Shown here piece after piece: positions 48,847 through 59,489 of a DNA stretch of 64,000 bases (the stretch's first letter is position 1; the number at the start of each line of letters is the position of its first letter). This DNA comes from an uncultured delta proteobacterium (GTDB taxonomy: Bacteria > Desulfobacterota > Binatia > JACPRU01). Position numbers and translations under genes: made by a program. The notes below the pieces were generated by a model, which did no database searches, was not told the origin of the DNA, and saw nothing but the letters and a program-made list of their open reading frames with translations. The stretch spans positions 768,001-832,000 of the forward strand of contig CAVUWD010000016.1 in assembly GCA_963745025.1 (NCBI GenBank), given 5' to 3'.

Positions 48847-50163
48847 TCACGGCAGCCGCAGAGACCAAGATGGGCTGGTATCATCTCCACCGGACCTGGT
48901 CAATTGAACCTGGTGCTCACCCGTGGTGTCAGCGAGAAACAGCGCGGGCCGACCGACGCGCGTGGAGCTGAACACCACGTAGCGGCCGTCGGGCGAGAAC
49001 GAAGGGTCCTCGTTGTTGCCCTGCCCGCCGGTGAGCTGCCGCACCTGATTCGTCTTCAAGCTCAGCGTGAAGACGTTGAAGCCCTGATCGCGGCTCACGT
49101 AGGTGATCAGATCGCCCTTCGGCGACCAGTTCGGCGACGTGTTGTAGCTACCCTGGGAGGTGATCCGTCGTGGCGCCGACCCGTCGGCGCCCATCACGTA
49201 GATCTGCGGCGAGCCGGTGCGCGCGGACACGAATGCGATCTGCCTTCCATCGGGCGACCATGTCGGCGAAACGTCGATCTCGGGACCGTTCGTGAGCTGC
49301 TTCAACACGCGCCCTTCACCGTCCAGAAGAAAGATGTCGGAGTTCCCGCCTCGCTCCAAGCTGATCGCGATCATCCGCCCGTCCGGTGACCAGCGGCCGC
49401 CGAGATTCAGCCCACGCGCGCTCGAGATCTTTTGCAGCGATCGCCCCGTCGCGTCGGCCCGGTAGAGGCTCGGGTTGCCGTCCATGAAGGAGGTGAAGAG
49501 CACCGTCGCCACGTCCGGGCTCCACGACGGTGCGATGTTGATCGTCCGATTGTTCGTCACCATCGACACGTCGAAGCCATCGACCGACATGACGAGGATC
49601 TCCTTGGCGCGCCCGCCGCGGCGCGATGCGAAGACGATCCTCGAGTCGAAGGGCCCGCGCTCTCCGGTGAGGTACTCCATCACCTTGTCCGCAAAGCGGC
49701 GCCCCATCTGCGGCAGCAGGTCGGCGTTGCCGCTGTAACGCTCACCCCCGACTTGAGAGCGTTGCGCGACGTCGAACAGGCGAGCCTCGACCGAGAGCGT
49801 GTTGCCCGATTGCGTCGCCGTCCCCTTGATGACCGCCTTGGCGCCGAGCACCGACCAGTTCGCGAAATTGATCTGCGATGGGTCGGCCGGCGTCGGCCCC
49901 TCGATGTAGGCCTTGGAATCGAGCACTCGGAAATACCCGGACAGCGACAAGTTACGCGCGACGACTTCGGCAAAGCGAGCACCCGCCTCCTTGCCTCCGC
50001 CGGTATCCGCCAGCGGCGAGACGGCGATCTCGAGCCGCGTCGCGCCCGGGCCGACGATGCGGCCTGTCACTTGGCCGTGCGCCGCCCCAACGCCAACCAT
50101 CCCCACCAACGCCGAAGCGACCAGACCGATCCACGAGCATCGCCGCAAGATTCCACCTCCCAT
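48847..50163 (-). CDS. tolB: TolB beta-propeller protein
   Basis: TolB N-domain plus repeated P-x-W-SPDG motifs. Confidence 0.93.
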   Translation of the reverse strand: MGGGILRRCSWIGLVASALVGMVGVGAAHGQVTGRIVGPGATRLEIAVSPLADTGGGKEAGARFAEVVARNLSLSGYFRVLDSKAYIEGPTPADPSQINFANWSVLGAKAVIKGTATQSGNTLSVEARLFDVAQRSQVGGERYSGNADLLPQMGRRFADKVMEYLTGERGPFDSRIVFASRRGGRAKEILVMSVDGFDVSMVTNNRTINIAPSWSPDVATVLFTSFMDGNPSLYRADATGRSLQKISSARGLNLGGRWSPDGRMIAISLERGGNSDIFLLDGEGRVLKQLTNGPEIDVSPTWSPDGRQIAFVSARTGSPQIYVMGADGSAPRRITSQGSYNTSPNWSPKGDLITYVSRDQGFNVFTLSLKTNQVRQLTGGQGNNEDPSFSPDGRYVVFSSTRVGRPALFLADTTGEHQVQLTRSGGDDTSPSWSLRLP

Positions 50164-50206
50164 ACTGTGAATCGTTGCTCTAAAACACCATCGAAACAAG
50201 AAAGTC

Positions 50207-51136
50207 TCAGCCACCCGCCGCAAGCTGACCGGATACGAACTCGAGCGTGTAGTTGCCGAAGATCTGACGATATTTGTCCGGCGGCGCGGGGAGCGGGCTC
50301 GAGATGCTGATCGCGCGCATTACCGAACCGTCGAAGCTTGAATCGCCGGATTGATCCAGCACCCGCACATCGGTGATGTCACCGCCGTCTCCAATGCGAA
50401 AGCCGACCCGGATCGTCAGGTTCGGGTTCGCGCCCACCCACGTCCAGTTCTTCTTGATGATCGCTTCGACCTGATTCTTGTAGATGATGAAGTCGAGGCC
50501 CATGAGGACGCCCCCGCCGCCCCCGTCGCCGCCGGTGCCAAGCGCCGCTCCCTTGCCCTGCTCGACGCCGCCGAGGCCCGAGGCGTGCTTGCCGCTACCT
50601 TTCTCGCCGAGCTGGCGCACGGCGTCCTGGATCTCCTTATCGCGCGCGAGCTTGGCGAGCTCTGCTTTCGAAGGCTTGGGCTTCACCTCCGCGGGTGCGG
50701 GGTTCGGCTTCGGTGGCGGTGGCTTCCTTTCTTCGGGCTTTGGCTCGGGCTTCTTCGGCACGTCGGGCAGCTTGACGACCTTCTCCTCCGGTTTCGGCGG
50801 CTCGGGTTTTGGCTCCGGCCGTTTCTCTTCCGCCGTTTCCGGAGGGGGCACCGGCTTTGGCTCCTCCTTCGCAGCCGGAGCGGCCACGCCGCTCGGCGGC
50901 GCCTCGGGACGGATTTCTCCTTTTGGCAACCGCCCGCCGAGCGCGCTCGGATCGACGATCTTCACGGTATAGGCGACGACCGGCGGGGGCACGCGCATTA
51001 GGATCCCGCGTGGCCGGAGCGCCACCACCAAACCCGCCGCGAGGTGGAGGATCGCGGAGAGCACGACCATCCAGGGAAGCGCCGGTTCCGCCGTGCGATC
51101 CGCGATCCAGGCGTTCTGCCGCGGAGCTTCCTTCAC
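50207..51136 (-). CDS. tolA: TolA/TonB-like energy transducer
   Basis: TM SAILH motif, Pro/Lys/Glu linker, C-terminal SGDSSFD...PLPAPP. Confidence 0.82.
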   Translation of the reverse strand: MKEAPRQNAWIADRTAEPALPWMVVLSAILHLAAGLVVALRPRGILMRVPPPVVAYTVKIVDPSALGGRLPKGEIRPEAPPSGVAAPAAKEEPKPVPPPETAEEKRPEPKPEPPKPEEKVVKLPDVPKKPEPKPEERKPPPPKPNPAPAEVKPKPSKAELAKLARDKEIQDAVRQLGEKGSGKHASGLGGVEQGKGAALGTGGDGGGGGVLMGLDFIIYKNQVEAIIKKNWTWVGANPNLTIRVGFRIGDGGDITDVRVLDQSGDSSFDGSVMRAISISSPLPAPPDKYRQIFGNYTLEFVSGQLAAGG

Positions 51137-51137
51137 G

Positions 51138-51240
51138 GATCGCTCCCGTTGGTCGCGATCCCGGCTCCGACCGAGCAGCGTGCGGAGCGAAGAGTTCGCA
51201 TTGTCGATCGCTCCCGTTGGTCGCGATTCGGCTTCGACCG
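51138..51240. repeat. Two ~35 bp direct repeats with internal palindrome
   Basis: gatcgctcccgttggtcgcgat-n-cggct(c/t)cgaccg at 51138-51173 and 51206-51240. Confidence 0.75.
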
Positions 51241-51260
51241 GCGCATGCTACCGAGCTAGC

Positions 51261-51677
51261 TCATTTCTTCTCGGTTGGCAGCTCCGTGATCATCCCGAGG
51301 CTCTGCACGCCCGCACCCTTGACCGCCGCCATGACGCGCACCACTTCACCGTATGGAACCGAACGATCGGCCCGTAAAAAAACCTGCTTGTCCGGTTTCA
51401 GCCGGATCACCGCCTCGAGCTTGGAGCCGAGCTGGTCGATCGGGATCGCGTTGTCGTTCAGGTAGACCACGCCCTTCTTGTCGATCGTGACGACGAGCTG
51501 CTCCTCTTCTCCGGACAGCGCGCCCGCCTTCGCCTGCGGGAGCTCGACGGAAACCCCTTGCTGGAGAATCGGCGCGGTCACCATGAAGATGACGAGCAGC
51601 ACGAGCATTACGTCGACGAGCGGCACGACGTTGATCTGCGAGATGGAGGAGCTCTGCGATCGCGTCTCGAACGCCAT
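51261..51677 (-). CDS. tolR: TolR
   Basis: INVVPLVDVMLVLLVIFMVTAP, RADRSVPYG. Confidence 0.93.
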   Translation of the reverse strand: MAFETRSQSSSISQINVVPLVDVMLVLLVIFMVTAPILQQGVSVELPQAKAGALSGEEEQLVVTIDKKGVVYLNDNAIPIDQLGSKLEAVIRLKPDKQVFLRADRSVPYGEVVRVMAAVKGAGVQSLGMITELPTEKK

Positions 51678-51685
51678 GGGAGATT

Positions 51686-51742
51686 CGGCTACCGACTACC
51701 GGCTACCGCGAAAGAAGCCAAGGAGTCCTCGCCGCAAGCCGA
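51686..51742. repeat. Heptamer-armed palindrome (copy 8)
   Basis: cggctaccgactaccggctacc...gcaagccga between tolQ and tolR. Confidence 0.65.
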
Positions 51743-51753
51743 TCGCCTCTTCA

Positions 51754-52464
51754 TCAAATGAAGTGCCTCTCCGCGATGTTCAAGAACTCCGCGGAAAAGT
51801 TCTCCATGTCGGCGGTGAGAACGCGGATCTCGCGCGCGAAGTGATTGAACGCGACGACCGCTGGAATCGCCGCCGCCAAGCCGACGGCGGTCGCGATCAA
51901 TGCCTCGGCGATCCCCGGCGCCACGGCTTGGATGCTCGAGGTCTGCGCCGTGGTGAGGCCGCGGAACGCTGTCATCACGCCCCATACGGTTCCGAACAGT
52001 CCGACGAACGGAGCCGTGGACGCCGTGGTGGCCAGGAAGGTGAGCGCCTTCTCGAGGCGGGTGACTTCCTGCGTGGTGGCGCGGCGCATCGCACGCTCGA
52101 CGTTTTCGATCCCGCCGAGCTCCGTGCTCTCCGGGTTTTCGCTCCACGTTCCCGACTTCTTCGAGCTCGTGCGCGTCAGACGTTGCAGCTCCTGATAACC
52201 GGAGCGAAACACGTGCGCCACGGGGCTCTGCTTGAGCTCGATGCTCGCGTTGTTGATGCCGGCGAGGTTCTTCGCTTCCCAGAAAATCTCCAGAAAGCGC
52301 TCGCTCTGTCGCCGCGCCGCTCGCAGCTGGCGAAACTTGAAGAGGATGACACCCAGACTGCCGATCGAGAAGCCGAGCAGGAGCAGCAGAGCGAGCTGAA
52401 CGACCGGGCTCGCGCCGAAAACGATGCTCGCCAGACCCTGCTGTTGCCCGATCGTCGGATTCAT
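51754..52464 (-). CDS. tolQ: TolQ
   Basis: APFVGLFGTVWG, APGIAEALIATA, AAIPAV. Confidence 0.93.
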   Translation of the reverse strand: MNPTIGQQQGLASIVFGASPVVQLALLLLLGFSIGSLGVILFKFRQLRAARRQSERFLEIFWEAKNLAGINNASIELKQSPVAHVFRSGYQELQRLTRTSSKKSGTWSENPESTELGGIENVERAMRRATTQEVTRLEKALTFLATTASTAPFVGLFGTVWGVMTAFRGLTTAQTSSIQAVAPGIAEALIATAVGLAAAIPAVVAFNHFAREIRVLTADMENFSAEFLNIAERHFI

Positions 52465-52623
52465 GCGCCTCGGTAGTACAACGATTCTAGCCAGTCAACG
52501 CGAGCTCGCGAAACACGCCAAATTTCGCCGTCGGCGCGCCTTGACGGTCCGATCGGGACGTGAAATATCGCAACCGGGCTTGCCGGCGGGGATTCGTCCG
52601 TTACTTCAACGAAGTCGAGAGGA

Positions 52624-53637
52624 ATGATGGGCGTTCGCGTAGGAATCAACGGCTTTGGACGCATCGGTCGAAACATCCTTCGCGTGTGCCTCGCAGCGAA
52701 ATCGGAACTCCAGTTCGTCGCCGTCAACGACATCACTGATGCCGAGACCCTCGCTCATCTGCTGAAATACGACTCGGTGCACGGAACGTTGCGCGAAGCC
52801 GTGCGCGCTGACGGCGACACGCTGCGCGTGGGCGAAACGCAGCTTCGGGTGCTCGCGGAGCGCGATCCGGCGAAGCTTCCGTGGAAAGAACTCGGCGTGG
52901 ATGTCGTGCTCGAGTGCAGCGGGCGTTTCACCAGCCGCGACGAAGCGGCCGTTCATCTGAAGGCGGGCGCGCGCAAGGTCCTGATCTCGGCGCCGGCGAA
53001 AAAGGCCGACGTAACGATTTGTTACGGCGTGAACCACGAGGCCTACGACGCCGCCAAGCACCAAGTGATCTCCAACGCGTCGTGCACCACGAACTGTCTT
53101 GCCCCCGTCGCCAAAGTCCTGCATGCGGGCTTCGGCATCCGTCACGGCCTGATGACCACGGTGCACGCCTACACCAACGATCAGCGGATTCTCGATCTGC
53201 CGCACGACGATCTCCGCCGCGCCCGCGCCGCTGCCCTCTCCATGATTCCCACGTCGACCGGCGCGGCAAAGGCCATCGGGCTCGTGCTGCCCGAGCTCGA
53301 TGGGAAGCTCGACGGCATGGCCGTGCGCGTGCCGCTACCGAACGTGTCGATTGTCGACCTCACCGCAACCGTCGAAAAATCGACGACTGCGGACGACGTC
53401 AACGCGGCGATGAAGCGCGCGGCCGAGGGTTCCTTGAAGGGTATCCTCGAATACTGCGACGCGCCGCTCGTGTCGCGCGACTTCAACGGCAACCCGTGCT
53501 CCGCGATTTTCGACGCGACCCTGACGAAGGTGTCGGGGGGGATGCTGGTCAAGGTCTTCGCCTGGTACGACAACGAGTGGGGCTTCTCGAATCGCATGCG
53601 GGACGTCGCCTCGATGATCGCTTCGTCGCTCCGTTAG
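52624..53637 (+). CDS. gap: Glyceraldehyde-3-phosphate dehydrogenase
   Basis: [26 protein letters not shown]. Confidence 0.97.
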   Translation: MMGVRVGINGFGRIGRNILRVCLAAKSELQFVAVNDITDAETLAHLLKYDSVHGTLREAVRADGDTLRVGETQLRVLAERDPAKLPWKELGVDVVLECSGRFTSRDEAAVHLKAGARKVLISAPAKKADVTICYGVNHEAYDAAKHQVISNASCTTNCLAPVAKVLHAGFGIRHGLMTTVHAYTNDQRILDLPHDDLRRARAAALSMIPTSTGAAKAIGLVLPELDGKLDGMAVRVPLPNVSIVDLTATVEKSTTADDVNAAMKRAAEGSLKGILEYCDAPLVSRDFNGNPCSAIFDATLTKVSGGMLVKVFAWYDNEWGFSNRMRDVASMIASSLR

Positions 53638-53667
53638 CCTCGGGAGGCGGACCGCCGTAGCGCACGA

Positions 53668-54849
53668 ATGGCCGCCCGTACGCTCGAGGAAGTGCCGGTC
53701 ACCGGCAAGCGCGTGTTCATCCGCGCGGACCTGAACGTACCGATCCGCGACGGACGAATCACCGACACCACACGCATCGACGAAGCCCTACAGTCGATCA
53801 AGTGGGTGATCGCCAACGGCGGCCGTCCGATCGTCGCGTCTCACCTCGGCCGCCCGAAGGGCAAGCGTGTCGCCGCGCTCAGCCTCGCGCCGGTCGCCGA
53901 GTATCTCGCCGAGGTGCTGCACGTCCGCGTGATCCTCGCCAAGGATTGCGTCGGCGACGAGACGCTCGCGCAGACCCGGGCGCTCGGCCCCCACGATCTG
54001 CTGCTGCTCGAGAATCTCCGCTTTCATGAGCAGGAGGAGGAGAACGAAGCTGGATTCTCGCAGGCGCTCGCCTCGCTCTGCGACGTGTACGTGAACGATG
54101 CGTTCGGCACGGCGCACCGCGCGCACGCCTCGACCGTGGGGATGGTCCGATTCGTGGCCAATCGGGCGATCGGCCTCCTGCTGCAGAAGGAAGTCGCCGC
54201 GCTCTCTCCGCTGCTCGGAAGCCCGGCCCGACCCTTCGTCGTCGTGCTGGGCGGCGCCAAGGTCTCCGACAAGATCGGCGTGATTCGCAATCTCCTCCCG
54301 CGCTGCGATTCGCTGCTGATCGGCGGCGCCATGGCCTACACGTTCCTGGCCGCTCAGGGCGTGGAGGTCGGCGACAGCTACGTCGTCACGGACGAGATCG
54401 GCGTCGAACGCGAGGTGCTCACCGAAGCCGCGCGCCGCAAGGTCGACGTCGTGCTTCCTGCAGATCACGTGATCGCGGTCGACATCGTGGCGAACGCGGC
54501 CCACCAGACGACGAGCGGCCCGGCGATCCCGCGCGGATGGAAAGGCGTCGACATCGGCCCCGCCACCGTGCGTCGATTCGGCGATCGCATCGCGCACGCC
54601 AAGACGATCTTCTGGAACGGGCCGCTCGGCGTCTTCGAGATCGAGCCGTTCGCTCGCGGAACGCTGGCGATCGCCACCGAGATTGCGCGCAGCGGCGCCT
54701 TCAGCGTGGTCGGCGGCGGCGACTCCGTCGCCGCCGTGATGCAATCGGGTCACGCCGAAGAAATCTCGCATATCTCGACCGGCGGCGGAGCTGCGCTCGA
54801 GTTCCTCGAGGGACGCGAGCTCCCCGGCCTAAAGGCGCTCGAGGGCTAG
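53668..54849 (+). CDS. pgk: Phosphoglycerate kinase
   Basis: DLNVP, SHLGRP, LENLRF, NDAFGTAHR, STGGGA. Confidence 0.97.
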   Translation: MAARTLEEVPVTGKRVFIRADLNVPIRDGRITDTTRIDEALQSIKWVIANGGRPIVASHLGRPKGKRVAALSLAPVAEYLAEVLHVRVILAKDCVGDETLAQTRALGPHDLLLLENLRFHEQEEENEAGFSQALASLCDVYVNDAFGTAHRAHASTVGMVRFVANRAIGLLLQKEVAALSPLLGSPARPFVVVLGGAKVSDKIGVIRNLLPRCDSLLIGGAMAYTFLAAQGVEVGDSYVVTDEIGVEREVLTEAARRKVDVVLPADHVIAVDIVANAAHQTTSGPAIPRGWKGVDIGPATVRRFGDRIAHAKTIFWNGPLGVFEIEPFARGTLAIATEIARSGAFSVVGGGDSVAAVMQSGHAEEISHISTGGGAALEFLEGRELPGLKALEG

Positions 54850-54854
54850 TTCCC

Positions 54855-55616
54855 GTGCCGCGTCGAGCCGTGATCGCCGGCAACTGGAAGATGCACGGCA
54901 CCGTGGTCGAGACGCGCGCGCTCCTCCGCGGCCTGCGAGCGCGGCTCGCCGCGGAATCGGCGGACCGCGAGATCGTCGTCGCCCCGCCGTACACGGCGCT
55001 CGCAGCCGCGGCCGAGGAGCTTCGCGGCTCGGCCATCGACCTCGCGGCGCAGAACGTTCACTGGGAATCCAGCGGTGCATTCACGGGCGAGATCTCCGCG
55101 GCCATGCTGCTCGAAGCCGGGTGCCGTTGGGTGATCGTCGGCCATTCCGAGCGTCGCCAGCGCTTTGGCGAGACCGACGCCAACGTCAACCGCCGTGCGC
55201 GCGCCGCGCTGGCGGCCGGCCTCCGCCCGATCGTCTGCATCGGCGAGACTCTCGGCGACCGCGAGGCGAACCGCACGATCGACGTCGTCCGCGGTCAGGC
55301 CCGAGCCGCGTTGCTGGATCTCGGGGTGGCTGATATACAGACCCTTTGCATCGCCTACGAGCCGGTGTGGGCGATCGGTACCGGTCGGACGGCGACGCCC
55401 GACCAGGCCGAGGAGGTTCATGCCGAGGTGAGGAGGATCGTGGCGGAGGTGGCAGGCACGCAGACGGCGAACCGGTTGCGAATTCTCTATGGAGGGAGCG
55501 TCAAGCCCGACAACATCGACTCGCTGATGGCCGAACCAGACATCGATGGCGCGCTCGTCGGCGGCGCCAGCCTGGATGTCGAGTCGTTCGCGCGCATCGT
55601 CGAATTTCAGTCGTAG
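54855..55616 (+). CDS. tpiA: Triosephosphate isomerase
   Basis: AGNWKM, GHSERR, AYEPVWAIGTG, YGGSV. Confidence 0.97.
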   Translation: MPRRAVIAGNWKMHGTVVETRALLRGLRARLAAESADREIVVAPPYTALAAAAEELRGSAIDLAAQNVHWESSGAFTGEISAAMLLEAGCRWVIVGHSERRQRFGETDANVNRRARAALAAGLRPIVCIGETLGDREANRTIDVVRGQARAALLDLGVADIQTLCIAYEPVWAIGTGRTATPDQAEEVHAEVRRIVAEVAGTQTANRLRILYGGSVKPDNIDSLMAEPDIDGALVGGASLDVESFARIVEFQS

Positions 55617-55625
55617 GAGAGCCCG

Positions 55626-56033
55626 TTGATCACCGTCATCACCATCATCCATCTGGTCGCGTGCGTTTTCTTGATCCTCGTCGTGCTGCTGCAGACCGGC
55701 AAAGGCGCCGAGATGGGCGCCGTGTTCGGCGGCGGTGGCAGCTCGACGCTCTTCGGCGCGAGTGGAGCGGGAAACTTCCTCACCAAGCTGACGACCGGCA
55801 CCGCGATCGTCTTCTTCCTGACGTCTCTGACGCTTGCGTACAGCTCGATCGCGCGTACGCGGGGCACCGTGTTCGATCGCTCGCTGCCCGAGCCGCCGCC
55901 GCTCAATGTTCCGGCTACCGCGGACAACGGACCGGCGGCGGAGAACAAGGCGCCGCAGGCGGCTGCGCCAGCCGAGCCGGCTCCACAACCTGCGGCCCCG
56001 GCCCAAGGCGAATCCGCGCCGGCGACCCAGTGA
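55626..56033 (+). CDS. secG: Preprotein translocase SecG
   Basis: VLLQTGKGAEMGAVFGGG...NFLTKLT. Confidence 0.93.
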   Translation: MITVITIIHLVACVFLILVVLLQTGKGAEMGAVFGGGGSSTLFGASGAGNFLTKLTTGTAIVFFLTSLTLAYSSIARTRGTVFDRSLPEPPPLNVPATADNGPAAENKAPQAAAPAEPAPQPAAPAQGESAPATQ

Positions 56034-56040
56034 AGGCTTT

Positions 56041-56123
56041 GCGAGGATGGCGGAACGGCAGACGCGCTAGTTTGAGGGGCTAGTGGGGTAACACCCGTGG
56101 GGGTTCAAGTCCCCCTCCTCGCA
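56041..56123 (+). tRNA. tRNA-Leu (GAG)
   Basis: GCGAGGA/TCCTCGC acceptor stem, CTAGT-TTGAGGG-GCTAG anticodon arm, long variable arm, GGGGG-TTCAAGT-CCCCC T arm; usual position after secG. Confidence 0.94.
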
Positions 56124-56336
56124 CTTCGTAAGACCTCGAGTTTCTTTCTCCATGGGTCCAATTGGGGTCCAATTCGGGCCCAGTAGAGCCGGATCGCTAG
56201 CCCGCGCCAGGACGCTCAGCTCGTCGTCTCGCTCCTTGTCGTGGAGCCACCTCGCGTAGTGCTTGCGGAGCGTTGCGTAGGCCACGCCCGTCTGCTCCTC
56301 GAGGCGCTCGATCCGCACCCCGGCCTTCAGAGCCGC
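56067..56336 (-). pseudogene. Extreme C-terminal remnant of a tyrosine integrase reading antisense into tRNA-Leu
   Basis: ALKAGVRIERLEEQTGVAYATLRKHYARWL resembles the final integrase box with catalytic Tyr; position next to a tRNA 3' end. Confidence 0.65.
56154..56185 (+). repeat. Putative arm-type sites, GGGTCCAATT x2 plus one degenerate copy, 11 bp period
   Basis: gggtccaatt-g-gggtccaatt-c-gggcccagta 30 bp after the tRNA. Confidence 0.6.
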
Positions 56337-57640
56337 CCGGGCGCTGCGTGCGCGTGCAAGCCGCCGCATCAGGTCAAAGAAGCGCCGCTGCCGCGCTTCG
56401 GGTTCTGATTGCGGAGTGGATCGCTGGGATCTGGCACACCGAGGAAATCGAACATGAGCGGCAGCCCCTCGGCGAGCGTTTCGTCGAGCAACAGCATCCG
56501 TCCGGCGATCTTGTCGCGGGCCGCGCGCGATGTGTCGTGCTCGGTGATGCCGAAGTAGCTTCGGAAGAACTCAAGGATCGGGAGTAGCGATACGGCCTTC
56601 CCGTGGGCGACGCCGTGCGCCTCGTAGACTGGGATCTCCCGCGCGCGGCAGCGCTCGGCAAACTCGAAACAGAGGCGGCTTTTCCCTGTCCCCGCTTCGG
56701 CAACCACGCCGACGACCTGCGCGTTTCCCCCAATGGCCTTCTCGAGAGCGGCCTCCAGAGCCGCCATCTCGCTCTGGCGGCCGACGAACTTCGAGAAGCC
56801 GCGCGCCCGTGACACCTCGAGGCGGGTGCGCATCCGACCCACTCCCTCGAGCTCGAAGACACCGACCGGCTGCGACAGACCACGCACCTCGTGCCGCCCG
56901 AGATCGCGCAGAGCGAAGAACCCTTGGCATATCTGAGCGGTCGCCTCCGCGAGATAGAGCCTGCCCGGCTCGGCGATCTGCTCCATCCGCGCCGCCAGGT
57001 TGGCCGTATGCCCGAGCGCCGTGTAGTCCATGCGGAGGTCGTCGCCGATCTTACCGACTACGACCTCTCCCGAGTTGAGACCCATCCGTACCGCGAAGCT
57101 GATCCCCTTGCCGATGCGCAGCTCGTCTGCGTAGTGGCGTAGCGCGTCGCGCAGGTGTAGTGCCGCGTAGCAAGCCCGCTGGGCGTGGTCTTCGTGTGCG
57201 ATCGGGGCACCGAACAGCGCCATGATGCCGTCGCCGCGATACTCGTTGACCGTGCCCTCGAAACGGTGAACACCTTCGGCCAGAATCTGAAAGAAACGAT
57301 CCATGATGCCGTGCCACTCCTCCGGGTCGAGCTCAGAGGCCAACTCCGTCGATCCTTTGACGTCGGCGAACAGGATCGTCACCTGCTTGCGCTCGCCTTC
57401 GAGGGAGCTGCGGGTGGTGAGGATCTTCTCGGCGAGATGTTTCGGGGTGTAGGAGCGGTGGTCCGGTGGCGCTCCTGGCTTCGCGACCTCAGCGAGCGGT
57501 TTCCCGCACTCGCCGCAGAACTTGATGCCGAGCGCGTTCTCGAAGCCGCATCTCGAGCACTTGACCTTCAGCACTGCCCCGCACTCACCGCAGAACTTTA
57601 TGCCGCTCGCGTTTTCGAAACCGCAGGATGGGCAGCGCAT
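56337..57640 (-). pseudogene. Double-zinc-ribbon / class III adenylate-guanylate cyclase / AAA protein, 3'-truncated
   Basis: CPSCG...FCGECG x2, ERKQVTILFADVKGST, GDGIMALFGAP, FVGRQSE, EAGTGKSRL; breaks off before Walker B. Confidence 0.88.
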
Positions 57641-57894
57641 GATTCTTGGCCCGAGGGCCGAGGCCGAGAGCTGATGCTCTCGAATAGACCCTTGGTGCGC
57701 TGCGCTTCAAGGGTGGTTGATCAGTAGTAAGGTCACCAGTCGGCTGGCAAGCCAACGAGATTCACCCTTAAACCGTTTGGCGAAGCTCGCCGGCGCCATC
57801 TTTTACGCAACTCGTGTCGATTCGTGACCCAACGTTGTCGGAGGCTGCAATCAGCTTGCGACCGGACGCTGGAAGAAACCGTCGAGGATGCCAT

Positions 57895-57976
57895 GAGGAT
57901 AGCTGGGATAAGCGGCCGAGTTGTAGAGCCTCAATATCCGACGCTGCCCAAACACGAGACGCCCCGTTTCTACGGC
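57895..57976. repeat. 82 bp direct repeat, copy 1
   Basis: Near-identical to 59806-59889 except for a short central segment. Confidence 0.9.
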
Positions 57977-58163
57977 CCACGGAAAGGGGAGCCCGCCCCT
58001 TGTAGGATGTTGATTCCGAGCGGGGTGAGCTCGTCGTCGGCGATGGCGTCTGCACCCATGAGAAAGCTGAGGTACTCGTGCGGTCCAGGGATCACCGCTT
58101 ACCTCCGTTGCAGCGGACGGCGCAGATGAAACCCGCCGCGCTTCGTCTGCCCTGCTGCCGAGC

Positions 58164-59489
58164 TCACTCCACTGCAAAGAGACGCCATTCCCCCGGGATA
58201 CCCTTGAGCGTACGGGTGCCGTGCTCGCGAAAGTCGAGGCCGGACCCTGCGACGAGATCCTTGACCGTGCTCGACACCAGGATCTCGCCCGGTGCGGCCT
58301 CCGCCATCACGCGCGCGCCAGTATGGACGGCGATGCCGGCAATCTTGTCGTCGACGCGCTCGCACTCTCCCGTGTGGAGGCCAATGCGGGTCTCGATACC
58401 GAGACTTCGCACGGCGTCGCGGATGCTCTTGGCACAGCGGATGGCGCGCGCGGGACCGTCGAAGGTCGCGAGGAAGCCGTCGCCGGCGGTGTCGACCTCA
58501 CGCCCTCGGTGGTGCTCGAGCTCATGGCGAACGATCGCGTGGTGGCGACCGAGGAGATCGCGCCACGCGCGGTCGCCCAGCGCTATCGCTCGCTCGGTCG
58601 AGCCAACAATGTCGGTGAAGAGGACGGTGGCGAGCACCCGTTCCACGTCGACGGTCGAGCGCGAGCCAGTCAGGAATTGTTGGATCTCGGCGACCAGCGC
58701 AGCGGTGTCACCCATCCACGGAGGGTGCTCGTCGCCGGGCAGCTCGACGTAGCGCGCCATCGGGATATCGCGCGCGAGCGCGCGTCCTGCCTGAACGGGG
58801 ATCAGCTGGTCGCCGGCGCGATGGACCACGAGGGTCGGTACCTGGAGCGTGCGCGCGACCGGCCGGACGTCGATCTCCGCCAGCCATGCCAGGTGCGCCG
58901 CGCCGGCACGTGGACTCACGCACATGCGCTCGTAGCGGCCCATGAACCTGCGGGCGCGTGCGTCGTCCCTCGCCGCGGGGACCATCAGATCGATGGTCGT
59001 ACCCTGTCCCCACGCGGTCGCTAGCGCGTGGCGGATCTTATCGATCGCCTTCCAAGAGTCGACACCTTCGGGATAGTCGAACGCCGCGGACGCCCGCGCG
59101 AACGTCGCGTAAAGGACGAGCGCCCGAACGCGCTGGGGATAGGTCGCCGCGAAGAGCATGGAAAGGGCGCCGCCTTCGGAGAATCCCATGACCGCCGCCC
59201 GCTCCGATCCCGCCGCCGCCAGGACGGCTCTGAGGTCGTCCATGCGCTCCTCGAGCGTCGAGTCGCCGACGTCGCGATCCGAGAGCCCCGTGCCACGCTT
59301 GTCGAAGAGGATCACGCGGCTGAAGGCCGCGAGCCTCCGCACCCAGTCGCCGTAGAGCGGATCCTCCCACGCGAAGTCGACGTTCGAGATCCAGCCCGGG
59401 ACGACGACGAAGTCGAGCGGCCCGTCGCCGACGACTTGGTAGGCAATGCTGATGTCGCCGCTCTTGGCGTAGCGGGTCTCGGGGCGCAT
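58164..59489 (-). CDS. Alpha/beta-hydrolase-class III cyclase fusion (LipJ-like)
   Basis: FDKRGTGLSDR, GFSEGG, TVLFTDIVGST, GDGFLATF, RIGLHTGE, LKGIPGEW. Confidence 0.92.
   Translation of the reverse strand: MRPETRYAKSGDISIAYQVVGDGPLDFVVVPGWISNVDFAWEDPLYGDWVRRLAAFSRVILFDKRGTGLSDRDVGDSTLEERMDDLRAVLAAAGSERAAVMGFSEGGALSMLFAATYPQRVRALVLYATFARASAAFDYPEGVDSWKAIDKIRHALATAWGQGTTIDLMVPAARDDARARRFMGRYERMCVSPRAGAAHLAWLAEIDVRPVARTLQVPTLVVHRAGDQLIPVQAGRALARDIPMARYVELPGDEHPPWMGDTAALVAEIQQFLTGSRSTVDVERVLATVLFTDIVGSTERAIALGDRAWRDLLGRHHAIVRHELEHHRGREVDTAGDGFLATFDGPARAIRCAKSIRDAVRSLGIETRIGLHTGECERVDDKIAGIAVHTGARVMAEAAPGEILVSSTVKDLVAGSGLDFREHGTRTLKGIPGEWRLFAVE

Noticed and set aside
51138-51240. Two ~35 bp repeats with a ~32 bp spacer as a mini-CRISPR
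   Set aside because: Only two imperfect units inside the tol operon, with no leader or cas genes.
53788-56006. Long antisense ORFs over pgk and tpiA, and similar ones throughout the window
   Set aside because: These are shadow ORFs typical of high-GC codon usage, with no recognisable domains.
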